64,000 nucleotides of DNA from Eledone cirrhosa (Eukaryota): assembly GCA_964016885.1 (NCBI GenBank), contig OZ024759.1:36022001-36086000 (forward strand), written 5' to 3'. How positions within the stretch are numbered: position 1 is the first letter of the stretch; each line of letters begins with the position of its first letter. This document shows, one piece after another, positions 60,401 through 64,000 of the stretch. The notes beneath the pieces are model-generated. The model saw only the letters and a list, made by a program, of their open reading frames with translations. It did not search any database and was not told the origin of the DNA. A program made the position numbers and the translations under genes.

Positions 60401-60863
60401 ATCTTTTTTCCTTATACTTTCACTTGTGTAGGACATCTCGTTTTTTTTTTGTTTTTTTTTTTCATTTAAAAAAAAACCTAATTTTCTCATATATATATAT
60501 TTAAAATGAAACTATATATTTCCCAGAATGTCTTGTCAATGTTTTTTTAATTTTTTTTTATTTACTAACTAATTTCAGCCTCCATGCTGAGCCACAATAC
60601 CTATTTTAGAGAAGAGCTATTGACTGTCCAGTGACTAGTTCTAGCCACTACACAGTCCTCATGCTGCAACACATCTCAGATAGAGAGCTATTCGACTGAT
60701 CAGTGACTTATTTTTAATGTTTTATTTCTCCACCTGGTTCCTTGCAGGCAAATACAAAGTCCAAGTGTATGACTATGCTGTCAAGGATTACATGCCCCCT
60801 GTACAGGACATTGGAATGCATGTGGAAGTTAAAGGCCCAGACGATAATATTGTTCTCTCAAGG
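52788..60863 (+). CDS. p24-alpha / TMED4-TMED9-like cargo receptor, 5' part only (exon 1 plus two alternative exon-2 copies); the remainder is not in this window
   Basis: Exon 1 is 52788 (or the second ATG at 52824) to 52965: a signal peptide followed by [25 protein letters not shown], the GOLD-domain start typical of TMED4/9. Exon 2a is 59295-59410 and exon 2b is 60748-60863. The expected next exon (YGSEGRFTFTSH-like) was not found before 64000. Confidence 0.9.
54026..54087 (+). ncRNA. Minimal type-I hammerhead ribozyme motif, family A copy 3 (TMED intron 1, sense)
   Basis: TATTTTAT CTGATGA TAGCGTACCAATATTTTTGGTACCCTT GAAA TATATA TA/ ATAGAATA, inside a roughly 175-bp element (53957-54132) flanked by (TA)n on both sides. 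Confidence 0.75.
56685..56749 (+). ncRNA. Minimal type-I hammerhead ribozyme motif, family A copy 4 (TMED intron 1, sense)
   Basis: TATTTTGT CTGATGA AAGCATACCATAATTTAATGTGGTATCCCT GAAA TATGTA TA/ ATGAAATA, preceded by an inverted partial copy of the same element (56542-56625). Confidence 0.72.
57435..57771 (+). mobile_element. tRNA-derived CORE-type SINE with an RTE-like (GAT)n tail
   Basis: A-box ggcttagtggtt, B-box gagttcaattctc, CORE-like tccttgagcaagacactttatttcacattgctccag, tail ...ggacgtaaaatgaaatgatgatgat. A near-identical copy is at 19518-19828 (-). Confidence 0.85.
58058..58219. mobile_element. MITE-like element with imperfect TIRs of about 42 bp
   Basis: atcatttgagatgtaaatatccgaggaactagaaagtctagga ... 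tcctagattttgtagtttctgggatatttacatctcaaatgat. Confidence 0.65.
59295..59410 (+). CDS. TMED4/9-like exon 2a (116 nt, phase 1 to 0)
   Basis: ttttcag|GC AAG...TCA AGG|gtaaga; translates (G)[38 protein letters not shown]. Confidence 0.9.
60748..60863 (+). CDS. TMED4/9-like exon 2b (116 nt, phase 1 to 0)
   Basis: ccttgcag|GC AAA...TCA AGG|gtgagt; translates (G)[38 protein letters not shown]. Confidence 0.88.
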
Positions 60864-61719
60864 GTGAGTTCTTATGTGACAAAGGGGTTTAGGGTAATAT
60901 ATGAAATCTTTTTCGGAGGTATTTATCTCTCTGTCCGTCTATCCAACCAAAAAACCAACCAGTAAATCCTAGTGAAAAGTTAGAGGGGTTATTATAATAG
61001 ATTCCTTGTTAGTGACATTAGACATTATAAGCAGCAATTGGGGATAGAAAAGGAGCAATGGGGGCCCATCTCAGCTACTCTGCTTGTGATGAAAGGACTG
61101 AGGAAGGGAGCCCATCCTTCTCATCATGACATCTCTCCACTGGTTGCGCTTCTTTGTCATCTCTGTGAGTCTCAGTGATCTGAGATCAGCTCTCACCACC
61201 TCTGCTCAGGTCTTTCTAGGTCTACCTTTACTCTGGCTTCCTTCCACTGGTCACGTTCCCTCGCCATCTCCACTGTGGGTCTCAGTGATCTGAGATCAGC
61301 TCTCACCACCTCTGCTCAGGTCTTTCTAGGTCTACTTTTACTCTGGCTTCCTTCCACAGGTATTTCCTGGCACTTCTTCACTCACCAGTACAGTTAAAAT
61401 ATAATCTTATTACTGAAATTTGTAGTTGAATTGGTAAAACCCGAGTCACCCATCGATCTGGGAGGTTGAAAATATGACATCTTTTACCTGTACTGTTACC
61501 TGGTTGATTGGAGGTGACTGACATTACTTGCTTGATTAGAGATGAGTGACATCTCTTACCTGTGAGGTTACCTGGTAGATTGAAGTGACCATGCTTACCT
61601 GTTCAGCAAAATACTTATAATGTCTAATATTTAAATGTAAAAATCTGTTCAGCTAATTCCATTTATTTTAATGTTGCCTTTGAAGAACTCACCCTGAGAA
61701 GATAGAATCACAAACTACA

Positions 61720-62172
61720 AACCAAACCACACCAAACTGCACTAAACTACAAACCAAACTACACCACACCAAACTACAAACGAAACCACCCAAAAACATA
61801 TACCAAACTACATCAACATATATACCTAACCACACCAAACTACATCAACATATATACCTAACCACACCAAACTACATCAACATATATACCTAACCACACC
61901 AAACTACATCAACATATATACCTAACCACACCAAACTACATCAACATATATACCAAACTACATCAAACCACATCAAAATATATACCAAACCACACCAAAC
62001 TACATAAAAATATATACCAAACTACATCAAACCACATCAAAATATATACCAAACTACATCAAAATATATACCAAACTACATCAAAATATATACCAAACCA
62101 CATCAAAATATATACCAAACTACATCAAAATATATACCAAACCACATCAAAATATATACCAAACCATACCAA
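61720..62172. repeat. Degenerate CA-rich minisatellite
   Basis: Repeats of accaaactacatcaacatatat and accaaaccacatcaaaatatat. An AT-rich repeat of about 20 bp (attaaattattgctatgct) lies at about 63115-63525. Confidence 0.85.
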
Positions 62173-64000
62173 CTCTCTGTGGAGTATTAAAACTTTAAGG
62201 AACCTTTTTTAGTTTTTCAGATCAATTCTTGTTGTTATTTAGCCCCAGCTCAGTCCTGATCCAGGATTTCAAAAGCATTTCAGCCATGACTATCTGGCCT
62301 GATATGACCAGTTTAAATGCTAAAAGGTTACATCTCCTTCATCAGAACTGACCACTGGCTACTCAACAAGGATAATTCTGTTGGACTGAAACAGTCAATG
62401 GCTGTTAGAATTAGTTTGCCTTTGTTTTTGTTCTTTTTTTATTTTTTTATTTTAAAAATATATTTTTAAAAAATATTAATTTATTAAAAATATATTTTTT
62501 TAAAATACTAAAAATATTTTTGTGTAAAGAATTTTCTTTTCAATTTTTTTATTTCTGTTTATAAAATTCTGTACACTTTAGTAGTAGTACTAGTAGTAGC
62601 AGTATTTAGTATTATTATTAGTAGTAGTAGTGCACTTAACAATATACCATTTAATGGTTATATCTATCAGTTTTGGTTGTATTTATCACGTTCATCATCA
62701 TCATCATTGATTTGAAAAGTACAAAACTTTCACTATGACTGCATCACATTATAAAGTCTTTAACCTCTTCAGTGCCATAGACGAGATAACTCGTCCTAAC
62801 ATGTTTGAACTCGTTTCCAACAGTTCATAACTTCAAAGCTAGAGGGGGTTACTAGTTTATTGATGTGACATTTGTCAATCATTCAGATACGTGTTGTTAA
62901 TAAATGTTTGTTTTAAAAAAAAAGTCATTTTACTGCAACCCCTCCAGCACAGCAAATGGTGTTGTGTAATGCAGCAGTCAACAGGTTAATACTGCAAGTT
63001 TTCTCAAAGATCTGTGCACTAGTAAAGATGCTATAAATATTCGAATTTACAAGCTTGTTTATTTTGTTTTTTAATATTTTCTGCTAAGTTAAAGATAAGT
63101 TAAAGTTAATACGTTAATGAGCTTGTTATATTTAATTATCTTATTGCTTTGCTAATTAAATCATTACTGTGCCTATTAAATCACTACTATGATTATTAAA
63201 TTGTTGCTATTTTAATTAATTTAATGCTGTTCTAATTAATTTATTGCTTTGTTAATTAAATTATTGCTATGTTTATTAACTTATTGTTATGCTTATTAAA
63301 TTATTGTTATGCTTATTAAATTATTGCTATGTTTATTAACTTATTGTTATGCTTATTAAATTATCGCTTTGTTAATTAAATTAATCATGTGCTAATTAAT
63401 TTATTGCTGTTTTAATTGAATCATTGCTGTGCTAATTAAATTATTGCTATTTTGATTAAATCATTGCTATGCTAATTAAATCATTGCTGCACTAATTAGT
63501 TTATTACTGTTTAAATTAAATTATCAAACTCCCTGAACTGTCCTTGGTTCCACAGTACCAAACTGTTTGAAAGTGTTTATATTTATATAAAACTTTTCCA
63601 TCATAATTTTATATAAGAACTTTTGTTAAGTTATGCTCCAAACAGCAGCTTAATAATGAGAATGTTAGTAATTAACTGATCCAAATTCTTGATTTTCAAA
63701 GTTAGTTGCAAATTATAGGAAGTATTTTTATTAGAAATATTGTAATGAAAGGTTGAACATGATTTACTCAGTTAGCATTTGAGAAGTAATGTGATACTTA
63801 ACACCTGCAAACCCATGGTCAGTCATACTGTTGTATATATATATTGTTTCTGAGGATAGTATGGAGTTGCACAACTAATATCGATTAGTCTACTTGTCAA
63901 TTCAGGGAAGTAGCGGCTCTACTTGGAGTGACTCTCAATCCCCGAGTTATGCACTCTATCAAGTACCTTTACAACAAAGACCCTTTAGAGAAACTCCATT

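Noticed and set aside
60748-60863. Exon 2b as part of a second, tandem TMED gene
   Set aside because: No second signal-peptide exon and no downstream TMED exons were found between 2a and 2b; exon duplication is the simpler explanation.
62331-62350. Minus-strand CTGATGAAGGAG as another hammerhead
   Set aside because: It is truncated by a MITE end, with no stem II partner or GAAA on that strand.

Overview
AT-rich, intron-containing animal DNA. The repeat content (tRNA-derived CORE- and Meta-type SINEs, TTAA/CCC MITEs, long (TA)n tracts) resembles an octopod cephalopod, but this is inferred from memory only. Six spliced genes were assembled by hand from splice sites and reading phase: BCCIP (-, 7 exons), NUP107 (+, 26 coding exons), UNG (+, 8 exons), LSM1 (-, 4 exons), an atypical anchor-less cytochrome P450 (+, 11 coding exons, one GC-AG intron; CYP16/CYP120-like), and the 5' part of a p24-alpha gene (TMED4/9-like, +). 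Most long ORFs in the supplied track are microsatellite artefacts. There are three main observations. (1) Several families of short elements embedded in (TA)n carry minimal type-I hammerhead-ribozyme motifs. One family has four copies with an invariant core and covarying stem II, and five of the six genes have a sense-oriented hammerhead-like motif in their first coding intron. (2) The TMED gene has two homologous 116-nt versions of exon 2 that cannot be spliced together in frame, which suggests mutually exclusive splicing of the GOLD domain. (3) Many long, near-perfect fold-back repeats lie in introns and are candidate dsRNA/ADAR substrates. All coordinates were counted by hand and no database searches were run.
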